A DNA stretch of 64,000 nucleotides, from the NCBI GenBank assembly GCA_964019425.1, contig OZ025800.1:1116001-1180000 (forward strand), read 5' to 3'. The stretch comes from Flectonema sp. DT1601. Its lineage: Eukaryota. Under the pieces are notes generated by a model, which saw only the letters and a list, made by a program, of their open reading frames with translations, ran no database searches and had not been told where the DNA came from. The position numbers and the translations under genes were made by a program. Of the stretch, positions 38,298 through 54,782 are shown piece after piece. Every line of letters starts with the position of its first letter. The first letter of the stretch is position 1.

Positions 38298-38475
38298 ATG
38301 GTCAGGATCGGTCTCTGTTTTGGAGAAGTAGAAATGGAAGTGAATCCTGTTAATGGCCGGACTGACTACTTTGGTCGAACAGTCAACAAAGCAACGTTGC
38401 TATGTTAGGCTCGGTGCCTTTGCTCTCTGTGCGAACATTCCAATTGAGTTCCCTCTGCGACCAATTGACTGCTGG
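38298..38475 (+). pseudogene. Adenylate cyclase fragment with large internal deletion
   Basis: Matches the MVRIG...NKA segment (38298-38393), then jumps to the GAFALCANIPIEFP...PIDCW segment (~38411-38475). Confidence 0.85.
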
Positions 38476-38811
38476 AGGAATACAAAGAAGTCAGACTGAA
38501 TTAATTGATAAAACCAACATCTATAAAACAATGTGTTTCAGGTACTTCACAAAGGTAAGCCATTCAGATCGGCTTACAACCAGAAGTTATCAAATCAATG
38601 ATGTACTTCATATTATCGTAAATCTAATTAAGTTCATTGAGAAGGGTTTTCCAGCTCTTCATTTACTCGAACTTATTTGTGATGTAAATATGTTCTTTAA
38701 AAATTATCTTTTAAAACAGTAATATACTTAACAAAAATAATAACTTTATCATGATGTTTATGTCAAGGTTTAATTTATTTTCTTTTAAAAAAACTCCCTT
38801 CAGTTTAAACA

Positions 38812-41800
38812 ATGAATAAGTGTATGGTAATCCTATGTTTACTGGTCGCATCGGCACGAGTTGCGGCATATGGTGGGCAGAATGGTACCAACATCACCCA
38901 CGGGAATAATATGTACGGTGGACACAACGGTACCAACGACACTTACAGTAACTGGAACATGTACTATGGGTACAACCATTCTAACAACACTCACGGCAAC
39001 TACAGTAACTGGAACATGTACTATGGGTACAACCATTCTAACAACACTCACGGCAACTACAGTAACTGGAACATGTACTATGGGTACAACCATTCTAACA
39101 ACACTCACGGCAACTACAGTAACTGGAACATGTACTATGGGTACAACCATTCCAACAACACTCACGGCAACTACAGTAACTGGAACATGTACTATGGGTA
39201 CAACCATTCTAACAACACTCACGGCAACTACAGTAACTGGAACATGTACTATGGGTACAACCATTCCAACAACACTCACGGCAACTACAGTAACTGGAAC
39301 ATGTACTATGGGTACAACCATTCTAACAACACTCACGGCAACTACAGTAACTGGAACATGTACTATGGGTACAACCATTCTAACAACACTCACGGCAACT
39401 ACAGTAACTGGAACATGTACTATGGGTACAACCATTCCAACAACACTCACGGCAACTACAGTAACTGGAACATGTACTATGGGTACAACTATTCTAACAA
39501 CACTCACGGTAACTGGAGCGACTGGAAAGATTACTATGGGTACAACCATTCCAACAACACTCACGGCAACTACAGTAACTGGAACATGTACTATGGGTAC
39601 AACTATTCTAACAACACTCACGGTAACTGGAGCGACTGGAAAGATTACTATGGGTACAACCATTCCAACAACACTCACGGCAACTACAGTAACTGGAACA
39701 TGTACTATGGGTACAACTATTCTAACAACACTCACGGTAACTACAGTAACTGGAACATGTACTATGGGTACAACTATTCTAACAACACTCACGGTAACTG
39801 GAGCGACTGGAAAGATTACTATGGGTACAACCATTCCAACAACACTCACGGCAACTACAGTAACTGGAACATGTACTATGGGTACAACTATTCTAACAAC
39901 ACTCACGGCAACTACAGTAACTGGAACATGTACTATGGGTACAACTATTCTAACAACACTCACGGTAACTACAGTAACTGGAACATGTACTATGGGTACA
40001 ACTATTCTAACAACACTCACGGCAACTACAGTAACTGGAACATGTACTATGGGTACAACTATTCTAACAACACTCACGGTAACTACAGTAACTGGAACAT
40101 GTACTATGGGTACAACTATTCTAACAACACTCACGGTAACTGGAGCGACTGGAAAGATTACTATGGGTACAACCATTCCAACAACACTCACGGCAACTAC
40201 AGTAACTGGAACATGTACTATGGGTACAACCATTCCAACAACACTCACGGCAACTACAGTAACTGGAACATGTACTATGGATACAACTATTCCAACAACA
40301 CTCACGGTAACTGGAGCAACTGGAATAATTACTATGGGTACAACCATTCCAACAACACTCACGGTAACTACAGTAACTGGAACATGTACTATGGGTACAA
40401 CTATTCCAACAACACTCACGGTAACTGGAGCAACTGGAATAATTACTTTGGATACAACTATTCCAACAACGCCCACGGCAACTGGAGCAACATGTACGGT
40501 AACCAGAACGGTACCAACAGCACCGGTAACCAGAACAGTACCAACAACGCCTACGGTATCCAGAACGGTACCAACAGCACCGGTAACCAGAATAGTACCA
40601 ACAACGCCTACGGTATCCAGAACGGTACCAACAGCACCGGTAACCAGAACAGTACCAACAACGCCTACGGTATCCAGAACGGTACCAACAGCACCGGTAA
40701 CCAGAACGGTACCAACAACTCCACCGGGAACCGGGACAATGGCAACTCATGCGGTGGGGAAATTTGTAGTGCTGTTGAAACATGCGAGTATAACACAGAG
40801 AGAAGCCGTTATCAATGTGTAGTAGTAGCTGATCAGAATCCATGCAGGGACTGCCGCCGGAATGAAGTTTGTGAAATGAGCAGTGGAAACCTTGAATGTG
40901 TCGCACGGACAGCGAGGACCTCCTGTGGTGGACTCTCTTGTGATGGTGAGAACCAGTTCTGTGCTGGAAGTTCACAATGTATTAATCAGACTGCTTTGTG
41001 TGGAAATCAATTGTGTACAACAACAGAAAGATGTAAATATCACAGACGTAATAATATCTTTACATGCGTACCTACTTGTGGCAAGTCTGGTAACTTTTGT
41101 AAATCTGATGAGGAGTGCGTGTTTGATGTTCGGGGACAAGAAAAATGTGCCAAGAGATCAGTACCACTGGCACTGATTGCTTGCGGCCTTTCTTTCTGCA
41201 ACAGTAGTGCGAACGAAGTCTGCACAGATGGTAGTTGCTATGTTAGGGAAAATAGAAGCGTCAACACGATGCGTAAAGTTCCAAAAAAGAAGATCCTCCG
41301 AGGTACTTTTGGATTTGGTAACTGTACAAGCTTCACAAGGGTTAATCAGAAATATTTAACAACTGCAATAAGAAATATCATAAAAGATAACAACGCCAAT
41401 GTATCATACGAGTGTGGATCTATTCACTTTTTAGTTATGAGTCACTCATGCACTGGAACGATTAACGGAATCAAGACTGAGCTGGAACAAAAGTTAAATA
41501 ATGACCCTACTTTTGGGCCACACTCAGCATTTAGACTTCGCACCGTACCTGAAAAGACCGAAAGTTGCAGCGTACAAAACGGACTAGGGGTGTTAAGTGA
41601 AAACAAGTGTTTCATTATAAAATGTAATCAACAGTACACAGTCCAACTTGGTGTTGATGGTGTTGTCTTTGCTTGCCTTCCATCAAAAGACAGCAACGAC
41701 TCAAATAATATTTTGCTAATTGCTATCCTCGCTGCTCAGGGAGCACTTATTCTAATTATTATTATAGCTGTTGTTTGTTATTGCCGTAGAAAGAGTTCTA

Positions 41801-41889
41801 AATCAAAAGTAAAGGAACTGCCTGCTGCTGCTGATTCAGAAATGTATGGCAGTCCAGTTAAGGATCCATTTTCTGATTTTAAATTGTAG
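38812..41889 (+). CDS. Type I surface glycoprotein: signal peptide, Asn/Tyr/Gly repeats, Cys-rich modules, TM, short tail
   Basis: Signal-like MNKCMVILCLLVASARVAA; 19-aa repeats; Cys-rich region; TM ILLIAILAAQGALILIIIIAVVCYC followed by RRK. Repeat variants tct/tcc and ggc/ggt are synonymous in this frame. Confidence 0.88.
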   Translation: MNKCMVILCLLVASARVAAYGGQNGTNITHGNNMYGGHNGTNDTYSNWNMYYGYNHSNNTHGNYSNWNMYYGYNHSNNTHGNYSNWNMYYGYNHSNNTHGNYSNWNMYYGYNHSNNTHGNYSNWNMYYGYNHSNNTHGNYSNWNMYYGYNHSNNTHGNYSNWNMYYGYNHSNNTHGNYSNWNMYYGYNHSNNTHGNYSNWNMYYGYNHSNNTHGNYSNWNMYYGYNYSNNTHGNWSDWKDYYGYNHSNNTHGNYSNWNMYYGYNYSNNTHGNWSDWKDYYGYNHSNNTHGNYSNWNMYYGYNYSNNTHGNYSNWNMYYGYNYSNNTHGNWSDWKDYYGYNHSNNTHGNYSNWNMYYGYNYSNNTHGNYSNWNMYYGYNYSNNTHGNYSNWNMYYGYNYSNNTHGNYSNWNMYYGYNYSNNTHGNYSNWNMYYGYNYSNNTHGNWSDWKDYYGYNHSNNTHGNYSNWNMYYGYNHSNNTHGNYSNWNMYYGYNYSNNTHGNWSNWNNYYGYNHSNNTHGNYSNWNMYYGYNYSNNTHGNWSNWNNYFGYNYSNNAHGNWSNMYGNQNGTNSTGNQNSTNNAYGIQNGTNSTGNQNSTNNAYGIQNGTNSTGNQNSTNNAYGIQNGTNSTGNQNGTNNSTGNRDNGNSCGGEICSAVETCEYNTERSRYQCVVVADQNPCRDCRRNEVCEMSSGNLECVARTARTSCGGLSCDGENQFCAGSSQCINQTALCGNQLCTTTERCKYHRRNNIFTCVPTCGKSGNFCKSDEECVFDVRGQEKCAKRSVPLALIACGLSFCNSSANEVCTDGSCYVRENRSVNTMRKVPKKKILRGTFGFGNCTSFTRVNQKYLTTAIRNIIKDNNANVSYECGSIHFLVMSHSCTGTINGIKTELEQKLNNDPTFGPHSAFRLRTVPEKTESCSVQNGLGVLSENKCFIIKCNQQYTVQLGVDGVVFACLPSKDSNDSNNILLIAILAAQGALILIIIIAVVCYCRRKSSKSKVKELPAAADSEMYGSPVKDPFSDFKL
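38944..40490 (+). repeat. 57-bp coding tandem repeat, ~27 copies (YSNWNMYYGYNHSNNTHGN and variants)
   Basis: Direct reading; variant units WSDWKDYY and WSNWNNYY are interspersed. Confidence 0.95.
40495..40725 (+). repeat. 60-bp coding repeat, ~3.5 copies (QNGTNSTGNQNSTNNAYGI-type)
   Basis: CAGAACGGTACCAACAGCACCGGTAACCAG recurs; I estimated the period at about 57-60 bp by eye. Confidence 0.75.
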
Positions 41890-42802
41890 GTGATTTGAGA
41901 ATTATTATGTTAGTTTTTTGAGTGAAATACCTCTTGCGAACATGAATCGTTTATGGGAATTTGTAAGAACTTTCGAGCACACCCCCTGCAAAGGTTTCTC
42001 GGGTAGTTGTAAAAAACAACTATTATTGAGATTGCATTTTTTCTTCTTCTTTTGTTCTCAAATATTCGAATCTAATTCGTCAAGCTAAGTATCGATAAAT
42101 TTTTTTTTTTTTGAAAAAAAAAAAAAGGGAAAAAAAAAAAAGATTAGAAACAATAAACATCGTTGTTTACATTGTTGTTGAGATAAAAACGAGATTACAA
42201 ATCAAAACAAAAAAATAATTATTTTTTTTGTATTGTTTTTTTCAATATTTTTCTATGTTTTTTTATTTTTATTTTTATTTTTTTTAAATAATATGACCAA
42301 GCAACTGGATCCCTGACACCTGTCAGGAGACTTACTGTTTACTGGTCAAAGAACAAAAAAAAGAGAGAGTAAGAACTAATCGTGTAAGTCAATGAATCGA
42401 ACAGCATGAACGTTAGTGACACATTTACTGCAACCCACTTTAGTGAACGCTTTATCGATTTTTTCTTTCTTCTTTCCTTTCCTTTTTTTTTTCTCCCCGA
42501 AATAAACCCTTGTTAACATGATGGGTCCTTACTGATGCGGGCTACCCAGACCCCTCGTAGTCATCAGTTTGTATTTTGATAACTAAACTAAACTAAACAT
42601 GAGGGAAAAGAAAAGAAAAGAAAAAATTATTATTTTTAATAAACTATCTATTTCACAGACATTATTTGCTGAGTTATATTATCAGCTTTTCTTTTGTACA
42701 GTATTACAGTACCGAATTGTAAACGCACCGTACACTTCTTTAAATTTTTCATTTTACTCCACTCTATTGATTTGCGAATGAGAAACAAAGTTTATCATCC
42801 AC

Positions 42803-42833
<31 letters not shown>

Positions 42834-43630
42834 AACTCAACAAATACCAATCTTACACGTGCTGAGTATTTTTTTTTTTTTTTTTTTTTTTCCGTTGTTT
42901 TGTTTTTCAGAATTAGAAACATAACCTGAACCCCCCCCTCCATGGACTACAAGTCTCTCCCATGGATACGATGAGTACCTTCCACTGATTATGGTATTCC
43001 TCTCCGTAGTTCTTTACTTAATATTTAACGATCTCTGTTTATGTCCTTATCTGTCTACAATTCGACATTACATACCAGACCTAAACTAGATTAGGTCTAC
43101 TTACGTTGCTGTTGGCTCGTAGCTCTATGGGTGTTAACCTGATGCTCTTTAGTTTGTATCAGATGAATAATATGTAGTGATCATCCTTATCTATCTTTCT
43201 ATCATTGACATCTTTCTGTCCACCTGAATTAAAGCAACTGTACTGACGAAGATGCTGTTTAGGTTGAAAACTGAATATTTCCTGTGTGAAATATAAGGTT
43301 TGATCTGAACAGTGTTTATAACATACGTCACAAGTCACGACAACGGTCTTGACTTTTTCCCCTTCCTTACTTAATGTTGCTTTCTGATGAGTAGCTTTAT
43401 TAACTAACTCGTTTTGTTAGTTTTTTTTTTAGTTACAATCAAATAATATTTTTTTGAAAATTCTTCTGCTCGTACTAAAAACTCATTCTCAAAACAGTAT
43501 ATAAGCTGATACGTTGTGCGACTTGGGTAAGTTACTTATGATCAATTTCCCCTCAATCTCAGGACTTTGTTTGAATGAATGCACTTTTTTAAATGTCGGT
43601 AGGTATAGCTCAATATTTGATTGGTAACTG

Positions 43631-44650
43631 ATGAGACAAACACTACATCCAGCATTCTGGCACACTGTACTGAATTTCATATCATATAGCTTATGGACTT
43701 TGGGAAATAAAAAAATATTTTCGCGATGGGAAGATTATCCTCTTCTATCAACCGGACTACAGATGGGAGTAGTCACAGCGATTGCTGTGGGAATGCAAAG
43801 AGTAACTTTAGAGGGTGCAGGAGAGAGTATCCCTCTTGACGTTATTAAGAAATCAATGGTCCCTTTATCAGTTGTGAGAAGCTCCGACTTAGGATTTGCT
43901 AACATAGCCCTGTGCTTAATGACTGTGGCAAGTCAGCAAATATTAAAAGCTACAATCCCAGTTTGGGTTTGTTTACTGAGTACTTTCTATTTAAAGAGAC
44001 CAATATCTATCCGCGGTTGGTTCTTTGTAATGCTAATCGTAATAGGAACTGCTACAGCGACAGTTGGTGATCCAAACATCAATGCTTCACTATTCGGCGT
44101 TGTGGCTATGTTGATCAGCTGCTTTTGCAGAGCCGGTAAATGTATAATCAACACACAACTATTACAAGGTTCACCTGCACAACATATCCAACAAAAATTC
44201 AACAAACTAACTCTTCTCAGGTATGAAGCACCGATGAGCGGCAGTCTAATTATTATCGCTTCCATGTTTGTTGAAATTCGTGGATTTAGTCTACCGGAGG
44301 GTTGGTTGGAACCGTTTTTTTACTTCACAATTGCTACACTTATTAATGGTATTTTAATGTTCTTCAATCAAGTAACGTACTTAGGAATCGTAGAGCACAC
44401 GGGCCCGGTTACTAGTCAGACTTTGATGAACTTAAAAATGATTTTTTTAATTTTAATATCCACCACTTTATATCCAATTCACATAACAAAAGTAAACGGA
44501 GCCGGGATGATGTTGGCAACTGTGTCAGCTATTTTATATTCCTATCACTCTGAGCCAAAACAAAAAAGAGAGGCACCTGCTTCCCCTTTAGGTGACGTTG
44601 GTGTAGAAAACATGTACGAAGGCAGACACAGCCAACGAATTATAATATGA
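43631..44650 (+). CDS. SLC35/triose-phosphate-translocator family (nucleotide-sugar-type) transporter
   Basis: About 10 TM segments; motifs LGNKKIF...YPLL, NIALCLMTVASQQILKATIP, TGPVTSQTLMNLK. Confidence 0.85.
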   Translation: MRQTLHPAFWHTVLNFISYSLWTLGNKKIFSRWEDYPLLSTGLQMGVVTAIAVGMQRVTLEGAGESIPLDVIKKSMVPLSVVRSSDLGFANIALCLMTVASQQILKATIPVWVCLLSTFYLKRPISIRGWFFVMLIVIGTATATVGDPNINASLFGVVAMLISCFCRAGKCIINTQLLQGSPAQHIQQKFNKLTLLRYEAPMSGSLIIIASMFVEIRGFSLPEGWLEPFFYFTIATLINGILMFFNQVTYLGIVEHTGPVTSQTLMNLKMIFLILISTTLYPIHITKVNGAGMMLATVSAILYSYHSEPKQKREAPASPLGDVGVENMYEGRHSQRIII

Positions 44651-45369
44651 ATAGGAAAATTCTCCGCTGCTCCCGCAAAAACCTTATTTTTCTCCGTAAA
44701 AAAGTTTTTTTTTCTCGCTGTTGTTTGCCACCTGAAATAAAGCTTTTTTTTTAAAACCCTTCTGGCAGTACTGCGCTCTTGATAATTCAAAGTAGCCTTA
44801 AAAAGCTCTCATGCCTGCATGAGTTAGATACCCTGATAGCCCGGTCAGAAACAGGAGTGTTGCTTTGCGACCAGGCTGTCTGTAACTCGCGGGTGTCTTG
44901 ACTTTGGAATTCGGTTTGTGTGACTAGTGACCGATATGGTTGGGTTCTTAAGTACTCAGGACCATTCGAATTCCCGACCTTCTGGACATTTCCTTGCCAG
45001 AAAAAAAAAGTTAAGGTGACAGAAAAAAGTCCCTATAATATAATCTACTTGTGTGCCTTGTTAACACCTTTGGATGCATTTTGATGTTGTGTTTTGAATG
45101 GCGAAATGCACATTCAGAGAATGCCATGTTTGTTTGTTTGTTTTCCTTTCTTTTCTTTTCTTTTCTTTTCATTTTTTTTTTTTTTTTTTTTTTTTTTTTG
45201 AATCTATTATTGCCTTAATTCGATTTACTATTAATATTCATACTAATCTAACCTCCTACAGGTACGTAGTTGTGAATACGAGTGTTTTCTGGTAATCTTT
45301 ACCGTGAAGGCGTGAGTTTGTAACATCTAATAATATCATAATTCTCCTTTCAGTATCACCCATCATACG

Positions 45370-47962
45370 ATGGTTAAGAAGATAATAAGACGAAAGGTAA
45401 AGGCAAAGCGCACTGTTGAATCCGAAGATGCACTTGCCAGCACTCCAGCTCCAGCACCAGCAGCACCTGCACAGGTAGACGAGCCATTAGAAGAGGAGAA
45501 GCAGACGAAGAAGAGAAGTAAGTTTGCTAGTAGAGTTCCTCTCGAAGAGCACGCTGAGTACAAAGATGGAAAGCAATACAAGGCGGACAAGAAAGAAGAT
45601 GACGAAAGCAATTTCAACCTTCAAAAGGAAGCCGAGTTACAAAAATTGTTAAATTCTCAGGTAACTACTTTTAAAGAGCTGAACGTCTGCAAAGAAGTTC
45701 ACCAGGCGATGGAAAACGAATTCGGATTTTCCACCATGACTGAAATTCAAAGACGATCAATCCCTGCGCTGCTTGCTGGAAACGATGTTTTGGGACAGGC
45801 AAAGACGGGATCTGGTAAAACACTTTCCTTCTGCATTCCTATTGTTGAGCTACTTGATAGAATTCATTTCCTTAACAGAAATGGTACTGGCGCAGTAATC
45901 ATCGCACCTGTAAGAGAATTGGCTATGCAAATAGAAGGTGTCTTAGCTCAACTACTAAAACCATTTGATGGCAGACAAACATACGCTGTTGTGACTGGTG
46001 GTGTTAACAAGCGACCAGAAGTACACAAACTTCAAAAGGGTGCGAACATCGTAATTGCTACTCCCGGAAGACTTTTAGACCACTTGAGAACTACGAAGTT
46101 TACGTTCTCTAATCTGGTTGCTCTCTGCATTGATGAGGCTGACAGAATCTTACAGCAGGGGTTCGAAGAACAGATGAAAGAAATTATAAAAATCCTACCA
46201 AAGGAGAGATTAACAATGTTGTTCTCAGCTACTCAAACTACTAAGGTTGAGGACTTGGTTCGCATTTCATTTCCAAAACCACCAGTTTTTATATCTGTTG
46301 AGGACAAAGAGAGCAGCACCGCTGATAACTTAGAGCAGGGTTTCGTAGTGTGTCCAGCTGACTTGAGATTCCTATTGTTGTACACCTTCCTCAAAAAACA
46401 AAAGGGAAAGTGCATCGTATTCTTTAGTAGCGTCAAGTCTGCTCAATTTCACTCAGAGCTTCTTAACTACACAGATATTCCGAATGTTTTACTTCATGGA
46501 AAGTTGAAGCAACAACGTAGAAGTGTTGTATTTCATCAGTTTTGTAACGCCCCAAGTGGTATCATGTTGAGTACAGATGTCGCTGCGAGAGGATTCGACA
46601 TCCCACTCGTTGATTGGATCGTTCAATTTGACCCTCCAGATGATCCAAGAACTTACATCCATCGTGTTGGTCGTACTGCTAGAGCTGGTGCTTCAGGAAA
46701 CGCTCTTTTATTTTTACTTCCTGAGGAGTTGGCTTTTCTGAAGTATCTGAAGCAACACAGAGTAACTTGTAATCAGTATGACTTTAAGACTGAAAAATTA
46801 TCCAAACAAATTCAGCTCCAACTTGAAAAGTTAATCGAAAAGAACTACTACCTTCACAAGTCTGCTAGAGAAGCATACCGTGCGTACCTCTTAGCGTATG
46901 CTTCTCACAGCATGCAAGAAGTCTTCGATGTCGCATCACTCGATTTGACTAAGGTTGCTAGATCTGTGGGTCTTCGTGAAGCACCTGCAATCGACTTCAG
47001 TATGTTTTCTTTTATGTTATCACCCGTGACGTGAACTCTGCCAGCTGTCCGCTGAGTTGGGTTACTTGTTCTTCGCTTTTCTGTTGTTGTCCCGTTGTCT
47101 TCGGGACAGTTCATCCTGCTGCCCCAGCAAGATGTTCTGGTGTTGTTGCGTCTGCTGCTGCTTCTCCTGCTGATCCAACCGCCCAACCTGCGATCGCACG
47201 CACACCGCCTCGATCCTTGGCGCTGAGCCACCTTGTCCCGTCTCCGCCTTCACACCGGCCAAACGCCGATCAGCCCTCCTCCGAGGTCTGGTGCCTCGCC
47301 GCCAACCCGCGAAGCACCTCGTCCGCTTCCACCGTAGTCACTCATCGCTACGTCCACGGCTCCGTCGACGTCGTAAAACGTTTCGCCCGTCAGATGCGGA
47401 GTGGATGCCGGGCCGTCCATGTCCGACATCCCCACCAACAACTCGCTGAACTGTAATGGTTTTTCCTCAGCCAACACAGTCAGCACGACAAAGATACCCC
47501 GTGTCGATGCCTGCCCTTTCTGTCTGCAGAAAATGAGCTAGCAAGTCGTCCGCAAACCACTGCTCAAATCATCCGCCTTATCTGGGCATCCAAAATCTAA
47601 GACATACAAATCGCTTTTAATGCCGCATCTCAAAATGGAAAAGTGAAAAGATAAACATTTTCTGATTTTTATATATTGAGGGACACATTCCCTAGATAGC
47701 TTGTTGTAACGCAAGCTTGTTTGATAACACACGGAATTTGCACATCTGGAAAAGGGAACGCCAAAAAAAACAATAAAAAAAAACAGACTTAGTCGAACAA
47801 GGCAAAAGAAAGAAATCCCTCAGAGGAATGCAGGACTATGGTTTCGGAGGCAACAGAGGAGAAGATGACGAACGCAATCAGGCAGCAAGAAGAGGGAAGT
47901 CTGCTTTTGGAACTGGTGTACGAAGCACTTCTAATACCAGACAGTGGAAGGGTTCACTCTGA
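45370..47962 (+). CDS. HAS1: DEAD-box RNA helicase HAS1/DDX18
   Basis: AKTGSGKT, DEAD, SAT, HRVGRTAR and the HAS1-type LEKLIEKNYYLHKSAREAYRAYLLAYASHS. A 787-nt intron (47000-47786) joins a final exon NLVEQGKRKK...WKGSL*. Confidence 0.93.
47020..47600. other. GC-rich insertion of unknown origin inside the HAS1 intron (possible mobile-element fragment)
   Basis: Abrupt composition change relative to the AT-rich short introns; broken minus-strand ORFs; no TSD or TIR recognised. Confidence 0.4.
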
Positions 47963-48384
47963 AGAACGGGCTACTGAAGTATTCGTAGAAAGAAAAAAGG
48001 AAAAAAAAAAAGGAAAAAAAAAGAAGAAGTGACAATAAATGAAAATAAAGATCCTTACAGCATGTATCATACAATGTCTCCCCAATTTATCAATTTCCAC
48101 CAACACCATCATCCCGACTTGCTTTGGTTGATTGGAACTGTTTTAGTGCGCTCCTCTCTTTCACTCCATTACGCAGTGTGCTTGTTTATCATGGTTTTTT
48201 TTTGTTTGGCTGTGGCTGCTTTCGAGTGGAATTTACCGCTCATTGATTTCCTTTTTATTTTTTCATTCAGGTGTACCTCTCAGCAAATAATACAATTTGT
48301 GGTATTTTCAATCTGGAGGCGGTTGTCAGATTCTCACTGTAGTTCACATTCCCTCACTTTAATAGCCAATTAACTCTCATCCAT

Positions 48385-52867
<4,483 letters not shown>

Positions 52868-53687
52868 AGAACAATAAATCTATTTGTTTGTCCTTCTTGC
52901 TTCCCTTGCCAAAAAAAAAAAAAAAAAACCTTCTCATCCACTAGGTTGACTCGTGTTTTCGCTATCTTTGAGACAGCGATAATTAAGGACAAAATGACAA
53001 AAAAGAAAAGATTACGTTTTTTTTGATTTATTTATATTTTTTACTGAAAGTATTCTTTTGAAATATGTAGTTGCTAACTAACTAATGTGGGAAATGGTAC
53101 GAAGAAAGATATTTTTAATTTTATCCCGAAACGCATTATTTGTTTGTTGTATTTACGATTGATTGGAAAATGATAATAAAAAATATATATTTGGGAATGT
53201 TGCAGGGTTTTCCTCTAACCTGAACCCTCTTCTTCCGCACACCCCTTGCTCTAGTTTACTTAACGAAGGTTTCTCGTTATTTTTCCTTTTATTTTGCTTT
53301 TTCTCTTTTTTCTCTCTCTCTCTTTTTGGAAGTCTCTTTTCCTGCCTGTTCCCTTTTAAACAGAAAACTTGCACACGAAACAAAACAACAAACAAAACAT
53401 GGAGGGGGAAAAAAAAAATGAATAAATTTTTATTTTCTTCTATTTGTGAACCCTATCCTCTGACTGTTCTCTGTGCTATTTGTTTCTTCCTGGCAACATT
53501 CCATCTACCGGAGTGGTTTCTACTATTTTGTGTTTTTTGAGCTAATCGCACCTTTTTGCGACCAGCCTAGACTACTAATAATTATTTTGTGGATTAACAA
53601 GTAATTGGTTTCGGAAACTATTATTTCTTTTTATCAGCTAGATAACGAAACCAAGAGCAGTAGGTCAGGAGTTTAGGTAAAGAAAAC

Positions 53688-54782
53688 ATGTCAACACTCA
53701 CACTCATAATGACTGCAATGCTTTGTGATGTAAGTAGATTAGAGAAGATTAATATTTCATCAAGTGATGTTTTGATTGCGGGTTGCAGTCATGCTGCTGA
53801 TTTTGCTCATCAGTTTCATATTGCGTTCAGTGACATTGTAACCGGAGCGTGTATCTTTTCAGGCCAGCCATTTCATTGTGCAGTCACAAGATTTGCAGCC
53901 GACGAGGAGGTGACGCAAACACCAGAATCGAGTGTACCTCATTGCGAGGGATGCGATACTGGTGAGACTCTTATATATGATCATTGTAAGAACCATCCTC
54001 AGTGGGTTGACGTGGGTAAGCTACCAGACTACATTAGAAGGTCTTGTGGTCAAAACCCAATTAAAATTAATAATTGTATTGACGACCCTATTAACTTGTT
54101 AGAGCGTGCGAGAGTATTCTTATTCCACCCAACCCACGATCGATGCTATTTGTCAGGTGCCGTCGCTAACGTCCAAGCTCTGTACTACCAGTTGTTGTCT
54201 AATCCAGGTAGAGATGTAAAGTTTATTAATGATCAACCATTTCCACATACACTTCCAACAAATAGCACTCCATTCTTTAATCATTCTGTGCCTTCTGGTT
54301 ATGATGGTCCTGGAAAATGTCTTCGTTGGAATTTTGGAAATTATTCTGCTGGGTTTCAATATGCTACTACACCTATTTATGATAATGTTTTGGTATTTGA
54401 TCAAACTGAGTTTATTAAAAAATATAATTTAAATGGAACTGGTGTCAACACTGAAGGAGTTGCTTACATTCCGAATAATTGTAAAAAAGGATCATCTGTT
54501 AAGTGTAGAGTCCTCCTACTACCGAATGGATGTAGTGATGGAAATGCTACTTTCAGTGGATCTGATTGGGATTTTATTAAATATGCGGAAAGTAATCACA
54601 TCGTCGTCTTAAAGCCTTGTGTTGGAGGTGCCGTTAATATTCAGAGATACCCAAACTCATACGAAATCCAGAGAGGTCTTCTTGATGTCTACGGACAGCT
54701 CTCATCTAACTATTCATATCAAAGTGCTCCACATATGAGACTTGTTGGTTCTGTGTTGAAAAGAATCATGTTTGGAGAGTAA
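53688..54782 (+). CDS. Poly(3-hydroxybutyrate) depolymerase-like esterase
   Basis: IAGCSHAADFAHQFHIAFS...GACIFSGQPFHCA parallels the N-terminal lipase box of type II/fungal PHB depolymerases; candidate Asp (HDRC) and His (PHTLPT); YAESNHIVVLKP. Confidence 0.75.
   Translation: MSTLTLIMTAMLCDVSRLEKINISSSDVLIAGCSHAADFAHQFHIAFSDIVTGACIFSGQPFHCAVTRFAADEEVTQTPESSVPHCEGCDTGETLIYDHCKNHPQWVDVGKLPDYIRRSCGQNPIKINNCIDDPINLLERARVFLFHPTHDRCYLSGAVANVQALYYQLLSNPGRDVKFINDQPFPHTLPTNSTPFFNHSVPSGYDGPGKCLRWNFGNYSAGFQYATTPIYDNVLVFDQTEFIKKYNLNGTGVNTEGVAYIPNNCKKGSSVKCRVLLLPNGCSDGNATFSGSDWDFIKYAESNHIVVLKPCVGGAVNIQRYPNSYEIQRGLLDVYGQLSSNYSYQSAPHMRLVGSVLKRIMFGE

Larger units (their letters stand above)
28326..38395 (+). 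repeat. Recent segmental tandem duplication, unit 4,111 bp (first unit +1,750 bp of transposon and TSD)
   Basis: ATGGTCAGGATCGG at unit-equivalent positions 28326, 34187 and 38298; spacings 5,861 and 4,111 differ by exactly 1,746+4; intergenic sequence is near-identical. Confidence 0.93.

Noticed and set aside
38861..40822. 653-aa Thr-rich mucin-like ORF in an alternative + frame, and the antisense Val-rich ORF 38839-40476
   Set aside because: Shadows of the 57-bp repeat: unit variants (tct/tcc, ggc/ggt) are synonymous in the main frame, which alone has the signal peptide and TM.
43077..43098. 8-bp hairpin AGACCTAA-actaga-TTAGGTCT
   Set aside because: A single short palindrome is expected by chance; no supporting context.
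44760..45000. GC-richer island with GCCCGGTCAGAAACAGGAG, superficially like SRP RNA helix 8
   Set aside because: The conserved CAGG/AGCAG symmetric loop is not matched and I could not support an overall fold; it needs an Rfam search.
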